Shown here: one piece after another, positions 55,597 through 64,000 of the stretch
How positions within the stretch are numbered: the first letter of the stretch is position 1
How the letters are laid out: each line of letters starts with the position of its first letter
The notes under the pieces: generated by a model
What the model was told of the DNA's origin: nothing
Seen by the model: only the letters and a program-made list of their open reading frames with translations
The model's database searches: none
Program-made: the position numbers and the translations under genes
IMG/VR virus record: IMGVR_UViG_3300014205_000181
Span: 80,549 to 144,548 of that record
Origin: a virus
Taxonomy: Duplodnaviria; Caudoviricetes
Reading direction: 5' to 3' (one strand)
DNA: 64,000 bases

Positions 55597-56154
55597 AAAT
55601 TACTCCTCATTTCTATCAATGACTTTCCAATAATAGCAGGTTTCTTTAGAGCCTATACCAATATCTCTATAAGCGCAACAACCGTTTGTTTCTAATAGAC
55701 ATGTTTCGTAAATTGTATGATCTCTTCCGTAAAAGTAGAAACACCCATATTCTGCTTTGTTTGAGATAGGTTTCATGGTTAACTCACCGTATATGGCGAT
55801 TTTGTAGGAGTTACATCTTCGATACTACAAGAACTCAACAGCATACATATTTCTTCTGGTGTAGGATTCTCATCATCCAATTCCGCCATCCGTCTAAGAA
55901 CATCTTTAAATTTAAACAAAGCATCCCATGAATCATCAAATGCACAAAGTTTAGGTACTTCTCTTCCAGCAAGTTTAATCCACTTAATTGAAAATTCCCC
56001 GGTAGTCCCTCCATCTTTATGATAAAACCCCATAGTAATTTCATCAATAATATCACTATGAAGTAAATTTGAGGGGCCGTAATATGCACGGGAAAGATGG
56101 ATAAATTGTCTTTTGCAATCAGAATGGTCTTTCATAATAATCTCCTTAATTTGA

Positions 56155-56222
56155 GAAGCTCGATGGGAATTGAACCCACATTAACCAATATAACTTGCCT
56201 AGGTCTCAAGCTCACGAGCTTC
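56155..56222 (-). ncRNA. minimal tRNA-like element
   Basis: GAAGCTCG/CGAGCTTC stem plus T-arm GTGGG-TTCAATT-CCCAT; no canonical D or anticodon arm. Confidence 0.5.
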
Positions 56223-56235
56223 ATTTGTTAGAGAT

Positions 56236-56264
56236 AGATTACAAAGTATTGAGGGATTAGTCAA
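56236..56264 (-). promoter_or_regulatory. sigma70-type promoter upstream of the tRNA-like element
   Basis: TTGACT-N17-TAATCT; spacer similar to the 59161-59189 promoter. Confidence 0.55.
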
Positions 56265-56294
56265 GGAGAAATACGATAAGGGAATAAATGGAAT

Positions 56295-57659
56295 TTATAG
56301 CCAGCCCATATTTTTATAAATAGAAATCCTGGAGATTGCATGTGCCGAAAGGTGCTTGTATGGGTCAAGAAAATCAACAAAAATAACTTCACTTTTCTCT
56401 TCAGTTTTCCCTAATCCGCGCCCCATTTTCTGTAAAAGTCGCTCTTCGCTCTTTTGGCCTGAAGAATTGATAACACAAGCCAAATCGGGAAGTGTAACTC
56501 CCTCTGTCCACACTGTGCTGGAGATTACACACTTGATTTCCCCACTCTTTAATTTTTCTTTTGTGTCTTGCCTATCTTCTCCACTTACCTTCCCTTCTAC
56601 TGTTTCATGGATAACACCAATTTTATTTAAGCATTGAGAAATTAAAGAAATGTGTTCTAAATTATTACAGAAAATTAAAACAGTTTGATTTAAATCAACA
56701 ATACTCTTTGTGTATTTTGCGATTATATTATTTCTAACAGTATTTTTAATAATTCCTGCTTCATAAATCTCCCTGTACGTCTTAAGGTCAGCAATTACTT
56801 TTGAAATAGGAACAACAAGCAAATCTACTTTTGGTTTAGAAAGCACTCCATGTTTTTCAATCCCATCTTTTACTGAAAGTTCCATAATTGTATCGCCTAG
56901 AAGTCCTTGAAGCATTAGTTGTTTATCTATCTTTTTAGGGAGAGTTGCACTGAACCCGATTCTGACATTTGCCATACAGGTAGAAAGGATTTTTTCGAGC
57001 GATCCCCCCTCTGCACTCATTAGATGAATTTCATCTGCGAAGAGGACATTATAATTCCAAGCTAGATCAATTAAATTTAATTTGGAATAAGTTTGAACCG
57101 TGCTGATAACAATTTTTTCTGTGATTTTTTTGTTCCCATCGCCCAATTTACATGCTTTAAAACCACATTCAACAAATTTAGCATGTATTTCGTTTACGAT
57201 ATCAATGGAAGGGGCTAGGTATAAAATGGAAGGGTTCTCAAAACAACTTGCGGCACCAATGGCGATTATTGATTTTCCAGAACGTGTGGCGGCATGTATA
57301 ATTCCTCGCTGTTTCTCAACGATTGACTTAATTGCATCCAGTTGGTAATCCCTTATCTCTATCCCAATCAAAACCGGCTCTCTTATTATTACAAGCCTTT
57401 CCATTTCACCAATTAAAGAAAATGAAATACTCCGTTTCTCACAAAATATTTTAATTTTATCAACAAAACCAGCATAACACCAGAATCCAGTTTTCTTATC
57501 CCCGAAGACAAAACTCTTGTTATATGTCTGTTTTGTTTTTCCTCTTGGCCCACTGCGCCAGAATTCACACGGATAACTCAGACATTCTTTGACTATCTCA
57601 TGTCCTGAGTTTATATTCACACATGTCGAGTCAACTATTTCTAATCTTACATTATCCAT
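56295..57659 (-). CDS. SF2 DNA helicase (UvsW-like)
   Basis: RDYQ, ATRSGKS, DEIH, SAT, EG..LP, Q.MGRGL. Confidence 0.9.
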   Translation of the reverse strand: MDNVRLEIVDSTCVNINSGHEIVKECLSYPCEFWRSGPRGKTKQTYNKSFVFGDKKTGFWCYAGFVDKIKIFCEKRSISFSLIGEMERLVIIREPVLIGIEIRDYQLDAIKSIVEKQRGIIHAATRSGKSIIAIGAASCFENPSILYLAPSIDIVNEIHAKFVECGFKACKLGDGNKKITEKIVISTVQTYSKLNLIDLAWNYNVLFADEIHLMSAEGGSLEKILSTCMANVRIGFSATLPKKIDKQLMLQGLLGDTIMELSVKDGIEKHGVLSKPKVDLLVVPISKVIADLKTYREIYEAGIIKNTVRNNIIAKYTKSIVDLNQTVLIFCNNLEHISLISQCLNKIGVIHETVEGKVSGEDRQDTKEKLKSGEIKCVISSTVWTEGVTLPDLACVINSSGQKSEERLLQKMGRGLGKTEEKSEVIFVDFLDPYKHLSAHAISRISIYKNMGWL

Positions 57660-59160
57660 TTACGCCCTAACCCGTTCGGCTGTACCAACATATTCCATTT
57701 CTTCCCACTTCGCCCTGTAGTAAGCTTGAGCACCCCATTCTTTGGGGTCAGTAATAACCATGATACAAGCGGCAAACATTTTATTAGCAACTAATTCAGG
57801 ATTGAGTTGGACAAGATCCCCGATTTCTAAATTTCTCTTTTCCATTTTATTCCTCTTAAAATATTAATTTAGCTGAAATTAACAATGCCCAGCCTAAAGC
57901 GAACATAAATGATTGGGCACTTGAGATATTTTTCTTAAAAATAAAACCACCAATTACTGGCACAGAATACATAATCCCTATAAGTAATCCCATGCTTGCG
58001 ATAATATTATTCAACATTACTTCCCCTTACTCCTAATAAATTCTTTCCCTTCTTTAAGAGCGTCAATAAATGACTGAATATGCTCTTCTCCGCCAAAATA
58101 AATACACCCTTCTGTTTCAAGAGTATTATTAAACAAAATCTTGTAAATAGCAACGAATTTATTCTTCCAAGTTTCAAGAAAATTAAACCGATGCGGGTAA
58201 AATCCTACTGTTTTGTAGAAAGTGAGAGTCGGTAAAAAATCAGAAATTTCAAAATCAGCCCATATATCACACTCAGGGCTTTGGCAATCACAAGCAATTC
58301 TAAATGTAATTGACGGATCTTTACCATTATGTTCAGATGTTTTCATTACACGGTAAGATGTTTTCATTATTATTCACTCTATCTCTTGGATAGTAATTTT
58401 ATATTTTTTACCGACTTTCAATCTATAAGCGCAAAACATCCCATCATCGCTGAAAATGCCAATTCCATCGGTCCATGCCCCTATTTCTGGAGAATCTTTC
58501 TTGACCTTCTTTGCTTCTGAAATAAAAACAAATTCTTCTTTCATTTTATTCGTCCTCTAAATGGCAGTCTTTATCAATGGCCAAAGCCTCTACCGACCTA
58601 TCTAAATGATTGCAATAAAATTTATATGTTTCACAGTCGAAAAGACTACCATCAATCTTCTCGGAAAACGGACACTCTCTACAGCAATCCACATGTATAA
58701 TCGCTATTTTCATATTTTCCCCTTAAAAATATCGCCAAAGATATCTCCTAAATCGTTCTTAGGTATTTTTGTTTTATTCATCATGTCAGAAGCCAAGCGT
58801 TTTCGGTTGCAATTTTCACATAGGCATACAATTCCAATTTTTAATTTGCTACCAGTTGCAATTTCCCCTAGATATAATCCACAGACACAGTATATTTTCT
58901 TAGACATGATTTGTATCCTCACCCTTTGGCGACTTCCTTACAAGCCGACTAAATTGCACAAAGAAAACAGCCTTACAATGGGAACATCTTGGAACTTTTA
59001 ATACAAAATTTCAAATTATTCGATCCGCAAAATGGGCAAAATTCTACTAAGGGTTCTTTTAATTGTGACATTTTACTCTTCCTCGATAGACTCTTCTGAT
59101 TCAATAGATTCTTCTGACTCAATACTCTCAAGTTGCTTATATAATTTTTGTTTAGTGAGC

Positions 59161-59189
59161 ACATTACAAAGTATTGTGATATTTGTCAA
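59161..59189 (-). promoter_or_regulatory. sigma70-type promoter
   Basis: TTGACA-N17-TAATGT. Confidence 0.55.
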
Positions 59190-59199
59190 GGGTAAATGT

Positions 59200-60339
59200 T
59201 TATAATATTAATTCTATTTGTTTATCTTGGTAAGTACACACAGTATAGGCTAACGCACCAGTCGAACAACCACCTTTATGCAACGCATCATATAGACCCG
59301 AAGAAACTATAATGCAGTTCTCTGGATCTAAAGCCAGACCCGGCTCTAGTTTCTTCGGGTCTATATGATGCGCTATGAGGTCATCATTAGGATGCGTTGA
59401 ATCGATAGTACAGAAGTTATAACCATATTCCTCTCGTTGACGTTTTAAGTTCTCTTCTCTCCATATTGAAAGTTCGTGTGGTGTTGGTTGATTTAGATTT
59501 TGCCTTGTGTTTGGGTCAGATCGTAATTTATATAAAATACACGAATGCTTACAATCATCTGAACAATATAAATTGTGTTCTGTTCCCAAAGAATACCTCC
59601 AAGGGTTTTCTATTGTACTAATCCTACTCCACAATTGGTAACTAGTTGGAGGGAACCACTTCTCACACTTCTTGCACCTTACATCAATTCCAAGTTCTCC
59701 ATTTATCCTGTCTCGAATCTCTTCTATTTGACAAAATAAGGGGTATTTGTCTTGATAATCTTTGACTTGCAGAGTAAATCTTTCTTTTGCTTTTTCGGAA
59801 GAGTAACATCCGCAAGAAGTCGTCGCCCCAGTTCTTAAACTACCTAATTCGTATCTTCCAATATTCCCATCACAAGAGCACTGAGCTATTACTTGTCGCG
59901 AATTATTAGCCCCTCTCTCAACTTCACCTAATACGGTCAGTCTCCCATATATTTCCCCTATTACATCCTCTCTTTCTCTTTCCACTTCTTTTTTAAAACA
60001 ACCACAGGATTTAGATTTTCCACTATTTAGATCATACAACCTAACATTCTTTACCGTTTTCTCAATGCAGTCGCATTGACATAATATTGTTCTATCTTTT
60101 CCCCTTGCTACCTCTAGCTCTCTGATCACCACCCATCTACCAAACTTGTCTCCTGGATTTATCTCGATTTTCCTAATTTTGATATTATTCTTATTGAGAA
60201 TATTCCTTATCGTTAAGGGGTGTATTCCAAACATTTTCCCTAATACAGGAGATTTGATATTTTCTTCTGTATATAATCTACATACTTCAATAATCTGTTC
60301 ATCGGTTAGTTTTCTTTTACCCATTAATACCTCCTTCAA
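59200..60339 (-). CDS. HNH homing endonuclease, paralog of 3323..4465, with N-terminal HTH
   Basis: Two SCGC modules; shared FC.IEEI.D...WF.PT..QLW.RI..YCSD.CK..C.LY; AHHIDPKK. Confidence 0.8.
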   Translation of the reverse strand: MKEVLMGKRKLTDEQIIEVCRLYTEENIKSPVLGKMFGIHPLTIRNILNKNNIKIRKIEINPGDKFGRWVVIRELEVARGKDRTILCQCDCIEKTVKNVRLYDLNSGKSKSCGCFKKEVEREREDVIGEIYGRLTVLGEVERGANNSRQVIAQCSCDGNIGRYELGSLRTGATTSCGCYSSEKAKERFTLQVKDYQDKYPLFCQIEEIRDRINGELGIDVRCKKCEKWFPPTSYQLWSRISTIENPWRYSLGTEHNLYCSDDCKHSCILYKLRSDPNTRQNLNQPTPHELSIWREENLKRQREEYGYNFCTIDSTHPNDDLIAHHIDPKKLEPGLALDPENCIIVSSGLYDALHKGGCSTGALAYTVCTYQDKQIELIL

Positions 60340-60542
60340 AGGAGAGTGATAGTCCTCTTAGTACTTCCTCCATTTTCAATTACAATTACACCCTGTTGCC
60401 TCAATAATCCAATACACCTCGAAACAGAAACCTCATGGACACCAAGCTCTTGAGCAATTTTATAATTACTAATTTTAATCTGATTGTTTGAATCTAAATT
60501 CTCTTTGATGAAACGTAAAACCATTTTTGTGATTGGTGTCAT
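60336..60542 (-). CDS. winged-HTH protein
   Basis: ISNYKIAQELGVHEVSVSRCIGLL.QQG.I. Confidence 0.8.
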   Translation of the reverse strand: MTPITKMVLRFIKENLDSNNQIKISNYKIAQELGVHEVSVSRCIGLLRQQGVIVIENGGSTKRTITLL

Positions 60543-60561
60543 ATTTCCTCCTTAATATACC

Positions 60562-60589
60562 TTATCGGCATAACGAGTGTAAAACTTTA
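60562..60589 (-). promoter_or_regulatory. sigma28-type promoter
   Basis: TAAA-N16-GCCGATAA, then AAGGAGG SD. Confidence 0.75.
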
Positions 60590-60636
60590 ACAATTTATTT
60601 AGGTTTAGAAAATATTTTGTTCAATACCATTCTCAA

Positions 60637-61746
60637 TTATTCATCGTTCTTTAAAAGAAATTCAGGGTTGATAGATTTGAAAGAAATTTTATCTTCAGTA
60701 ATATGTCTGAAAACCAATCCTTCAGCAATGGCTTCCTCATTCAATGCGCTTTTCATCTTAGATAAATTTACGAAATGGCGAACATCATGAGCATCACCAT
60801 CCATCATCAACAAAGAATGATGCGGAACTTCTTTCAGCCCAAGATGAATGAATACTTCTGCTTTCTCACGTTTACTCAAATACCTCTTTTCATCAATATC
60901 ATAAACAGAGAAAGCAAAGAACTCGATACCCTCCAATTTATACTTGTTCTTCTGAATTCCTTCACCTACAATTTCACCTTGAATCGCTATATTCAAGTTA
61001 AGGTTTTTTAATTTCTTCTTGAATTCATAACGCTTGGCAATCGTCCACCAAGTGGAATTGTTTTCATTCTTGATCCATAGATTTCTTGAACAAACACCAA
61101 AAGCATTTCTAATCCATGGCCTCCACCATTTATTCAATTTCTTGTTATAGAAAATAGTAAGAGACTGACCATCAAGCTTTTCTGTTGCATAGAACGCATG
61201 ACCATGATACTTCCTCGAAATCCATGGCATGTTCTGAATTCTTTCTTCGTCGGTCTTAGGTATCCATTCAGGGAAATTACCTTTGAGCTTTGGGAACAGA
61301 AACATATACCCTTTACGAAACAACCAGAACTGCATCCCGAATTTCACGAACTTATTATTGTACTTAGGTTCGTTTGATTCTTTTTCAATCTTCATTTCAG
61401 GATCGTATTTTGTAACGCCAATAATTTCTGAAATATCAGTGCCTTCAACAAAATGTTCTTTGTATCCAAATTCCTGAAGAATTGAAACTGGCAGAGCTAA
61501 ACCCTGTGAAATTTGCTTACGCAATTTTATTGTACGAACTCTATATTTTCTGGGCTGCATGAACTCAAATATAAGATGCCTAGGAAGTTGAGAGTCGATT
61601 TCAAAATAACAACAAAAATCTCCAACATTGAACTCGCCCTTCTTAACCACTAATTCCCAACCAAGAATTGTGGCCTTCTCAATCTTATCAGCCCCTTCTA
61701 TAGGTTCAATATTAGCAATTCTCTGTATGGTTGCCAAATGTCTCAT
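60637..61746 (-). CDS. RNA ligase (DRB0094/Rnl2-like)
   Basis: LATI..I..I.PIEGAD.IE, TEKLDG, QGE..G.GIQ, EGLV, FK.I. Confidence 0.9.
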   Translation of the reverse strand: MRHLATIQRIANIEPIEGADKIEKATILGWELVVKKGEFNVGDFCCYFEIDSQLPRHLIFEFMQPRKYRVRTIKLRKQISQGLALPVSILQEFGYKEHFVEGTDISEIIGVTKYDPEMKIEKESNEPKYNNKFVKFGMQFWLFRKGYMFLFPKLKGNFPEWIPKTDEERIQNMPWISRKYHGHAFYATEKLDGQSLTIFYNKKLNKWWRPWIRNAFGVCSRNLWIKNENNSTWWTIAKRYEFKKKLKNLNLNIAIQGEIVGEGIQKNKYKLEGIEFFAFSVYDIDEKRYLSKREKAEVFIHLGLKEVPHHSLLMMDGDAHDVRHFVNLSKMKSALNEEAIAEGLVFRHITEDKISFKSINPEFLLKNDE

Positions 61747-62377
61747 TTATTTCAACTCCTCTCAATACCTACAGTTTCATTTATATCATTATCACGCAAC
61801 CAAGCCCAATGATAATCATCCGTTTCAATAACGCAATTATATTCTCTCAAAACAGCGTTGATTTTATCTTTACATTCTTCAAGATCGGTTCTTTTATTCT
61901 GCTTTGAATTTTTCATTTCAGCCCTGCATTTCATAATTTTTCGTAAATTTCTTGCTTTCAGAAGATAAACAAATTCTATATTTATTTTCATCGTACTTGA
62001 TTTTACCACGCATTGTAATAGCAGGTAAGGTATCATCAACCATAACCATATCGGTTAATTTGTGATAATCTTTAATCACTTTATCCGATTTTATTCTATC
62101 TGAAATCTTGAGAGTCACCCTACCAGTTGCTGGATTAATGGTAATCTTAGAAGACGCAGAATCAACGTATAGAATTTCAAGAAACCTTTCGCTAACTAGT
62201 AATACTATTCTATTTTGGACTTCAATATATTTTGCTTGGGATTCAATCTTTTCGTCCCTGAGCCTAACTTGCTTTTCAACGTACTCAAGAGTACCAGGAG
62301 AGATACCCATTACTCTTAGGTGTTTCTTGATCTCCCCTAACGTTCTTAATCTGGTCATGGTAAATCTCCTTGGTTAA

Positions 62378-62465
62378 TGGTCCAAACGGAGGGAGTCGAA
62401 CCCTCAATCCCATATGGGCGGGAGATTTTAAGTCTCCAGTGTATCGCCAATTCCACCACGCTTGG
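62378..62465 (-). tRNA. tRNA-Leu (anticodon UAA)
   Basis: CCAAGCG/CGTTTGG acceptor, GGAGA-CTTAAAA-TCTCC anticodon arm, long variable arm, GAGGG-TTCGACT-CCCTC, encoded CCA. Confidence 0.95.
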
Positions 62466-62473
62466 ATATTAGG

Positions 62474-62640
62474 TCACTTCACCTTAGACCTTTCCCAAAG
62501 TTCTTTTACTTTATTCAAATGTTCCTGACTTTGTGGCTTGCCTTGAGTATTAAGTCTCAAGAAATAACGATATTTTTGTTCATTTGTCAAGTTCTTAGTT
62601 TCTCCCCATGATACAGGAGAATTTTTAAATTTATTTTTAA
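62474..62640 (-). pseudogene. C-terminal fragment of a DUF262-like protein
   Basis: Start-less frame ...NEQKYRYFLRLNTQGKPQSQEHLNKVKEL*. Confidence 0.5.
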
Positions 62641-63089
62641 GATAAAGAATTGTTAATTAAAATTTTAACTTTTACCTTGACTAAATACTCAAGAGCTTTT
62701 TGGTATTTCATACATCTTTTAATATCTTCACTCGTAGCCTTACCATCTAGCCTTGATAAATCCAAATTATCTTTTAAATCTTCAATCTTCACTGCTCTCG
62801 CAATTTCATTTTCGGAAACTCGTTTAATAAAATCCATATAAGATTCATTTTCTTTTCTTGTAATTGCTAAAATTGCATTGAGAATATAATTACTAAAGTT
62901 ATAAGATACATCATTAATCTCTCCCCCATCTTCTAATATATCATGAAGGATTGCCACAATTCGATATTTTTCATCTTTAAATTTACTTGCAACCCTTAAC
63001 GGATGGAAGATGTACGGTTGTCCACCTTTATCAAGTTGGCCTGAATGGACTCTATTTGCTAAATCGATAGCTATATTTATTTGTTTCAT
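62637..63089 (-). CDS. HD-domain hydrolase (SpoT/Mesh1-like)
   Basis: H.GQ.DKGG.PYI.HP.RV, AILHDILED, VKIEDL.DN. Confidence 0.9.
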   Translation of the reverse strand: MKQINIAIDLANRVHSGQLDKGGQPYIFHPLRVASKFKDEKYRIVAILHDILEDGGEINDVSYNFSNYILNAILAITRKENESYMDFIKRVSENEIARAVKIEDLKDNLDLSRLDGKATSEDIKRCMKYQKALEYLVKVKVKILINNSLS

Positions 63090-64000
63090 TTTTTACTTCC
63101 TTAGTAGCAAAGAATATCTTATTGCGCACCACCAATCATGTTTCCCAATTTCATAACCAAGTGATGTCGCATAATCTGCGGCAATTTGCCATTCTTGACT
63201 GCTCACATTTGTATATTTCATAACTATTCCCTTCTATGTAAATTCGATTACAAAGTGGATATTGCTTAACTAATTACCCGTGGATATCATAGCCAGCAAA
63301 TCTATTTACCAATGTTGCGTGTCCTTTAATCTCAGGATGCTTTCTCAAGTGGCTCCTGAAAGCTCGGAGTGTTCTGCATGGAGCGCCTGAACTATAGAAT
63401 TGTGCTCGGTCCATTTCCTCGGACTTCACCCATTTTCTGTCTTTATATGACCACCAAAGGTCCAGATCAATGTATATCCACATAAAACGGCTATGCAAGC
63501 GTTGGCCTTTCGGCTTATCAAATTTCATATATCGCCTACTTTTCTTTAGCGGCACAATCTACACGGGCGATTGAACCATCCAAGGAATATTTATATATCA
63601 AAGCTTTCATACCAGCATCTTCACATTCTTTAACGGCCTGGATAGTTTCCACTCTTGTCATAGGTTTACCACACCCAGAAATAAATAGAACTACAAGCAA
63701 AATAAGAATAATGTTTATAGTTTTCATAGTTTGTACTCCTTAATGTCATTTAAGCAATTTTAACAGTATATCTCTGTTGCCATTAAGCCAATCCAACATA
63801 TCAACACCGTCAACTCTACAACAGATATGATCGTCGTACCATTTTAAAAACTTAATTTTCTCTTCATGGGCCTCTGCGTCGCCCCTTACTTGAAATATTT
63901 GGCCGTCTTCTGTTTTATAACTTTTTATCTATTTCATAGATTACCCTAAAAAGTTCGGCTAAGTCTTGAAGCTCAGAAAGCACTTCACTAAAACCAGAAG

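Noticed and set aside
3246-62841. Many plus-strand ORFs in the six-frame track
   Set aside because: They are antisense shadows of convincing minus-strand genes and carry no recognisable motifs; only tnpB is accepted on the plus strand.
1-64000. CRISPR array, reverse transcriptase (retron/DGR), inteins or stop-codon recoding
   Set aside because: No spaced direct repeats, no YxDD-type RT ORF and no intein termini were seen; long genes are intact in code 11 and all three stop codons are used.

Overview
This AT-rich window is almost entirely minus-strand and densely packed, consistent with the replication/recombination and accessory region of a large lytic-type dsDNA phage. It uses the standard genetic code and shows no structural genes, CRISPR array or reverse transcriptase. 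Core genes: split SbcC/Rad50 plus SbcD, endonuclease VII, 5'-3' exonuclease, RecA, gp32-like SSB, ATP-dependent ligase, DnaE with a C-terminal UDG-like domain, primase, DnaB-like and SF2 helicases. Accessory genes: a NARP1-like Prs/Nampt pair, two radical SAM enzymes, RNA ligase, nucleotidyltransferase, HD hydrolase, tRNA-Leu(UAA), several homing endonucleases and many small ORFs. Four observations stand out. (1) A solo, RuvC-intact TnpB sits inside a relic copy of a divergent helicase C-terminus, so its predicted guide matches a non-self helicase allele; this is a candidate RNA-guided homing or phage-competition nuclease. (2) A radical SAM gene is followed by three otherwise unrelated proteins sharing an MKSRN[FY]FVSNSSSSSF N-terminus, a candidate protein-modification system. 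(3) Four sigma28/FliA-type promoters precede three small HTH genes and TnpB. (4) There are two non-canonical tRNA-like elements. All calls come from motif recognition by eye; no searches were run. Several homopolymer frameshifts may be sequencing errors.
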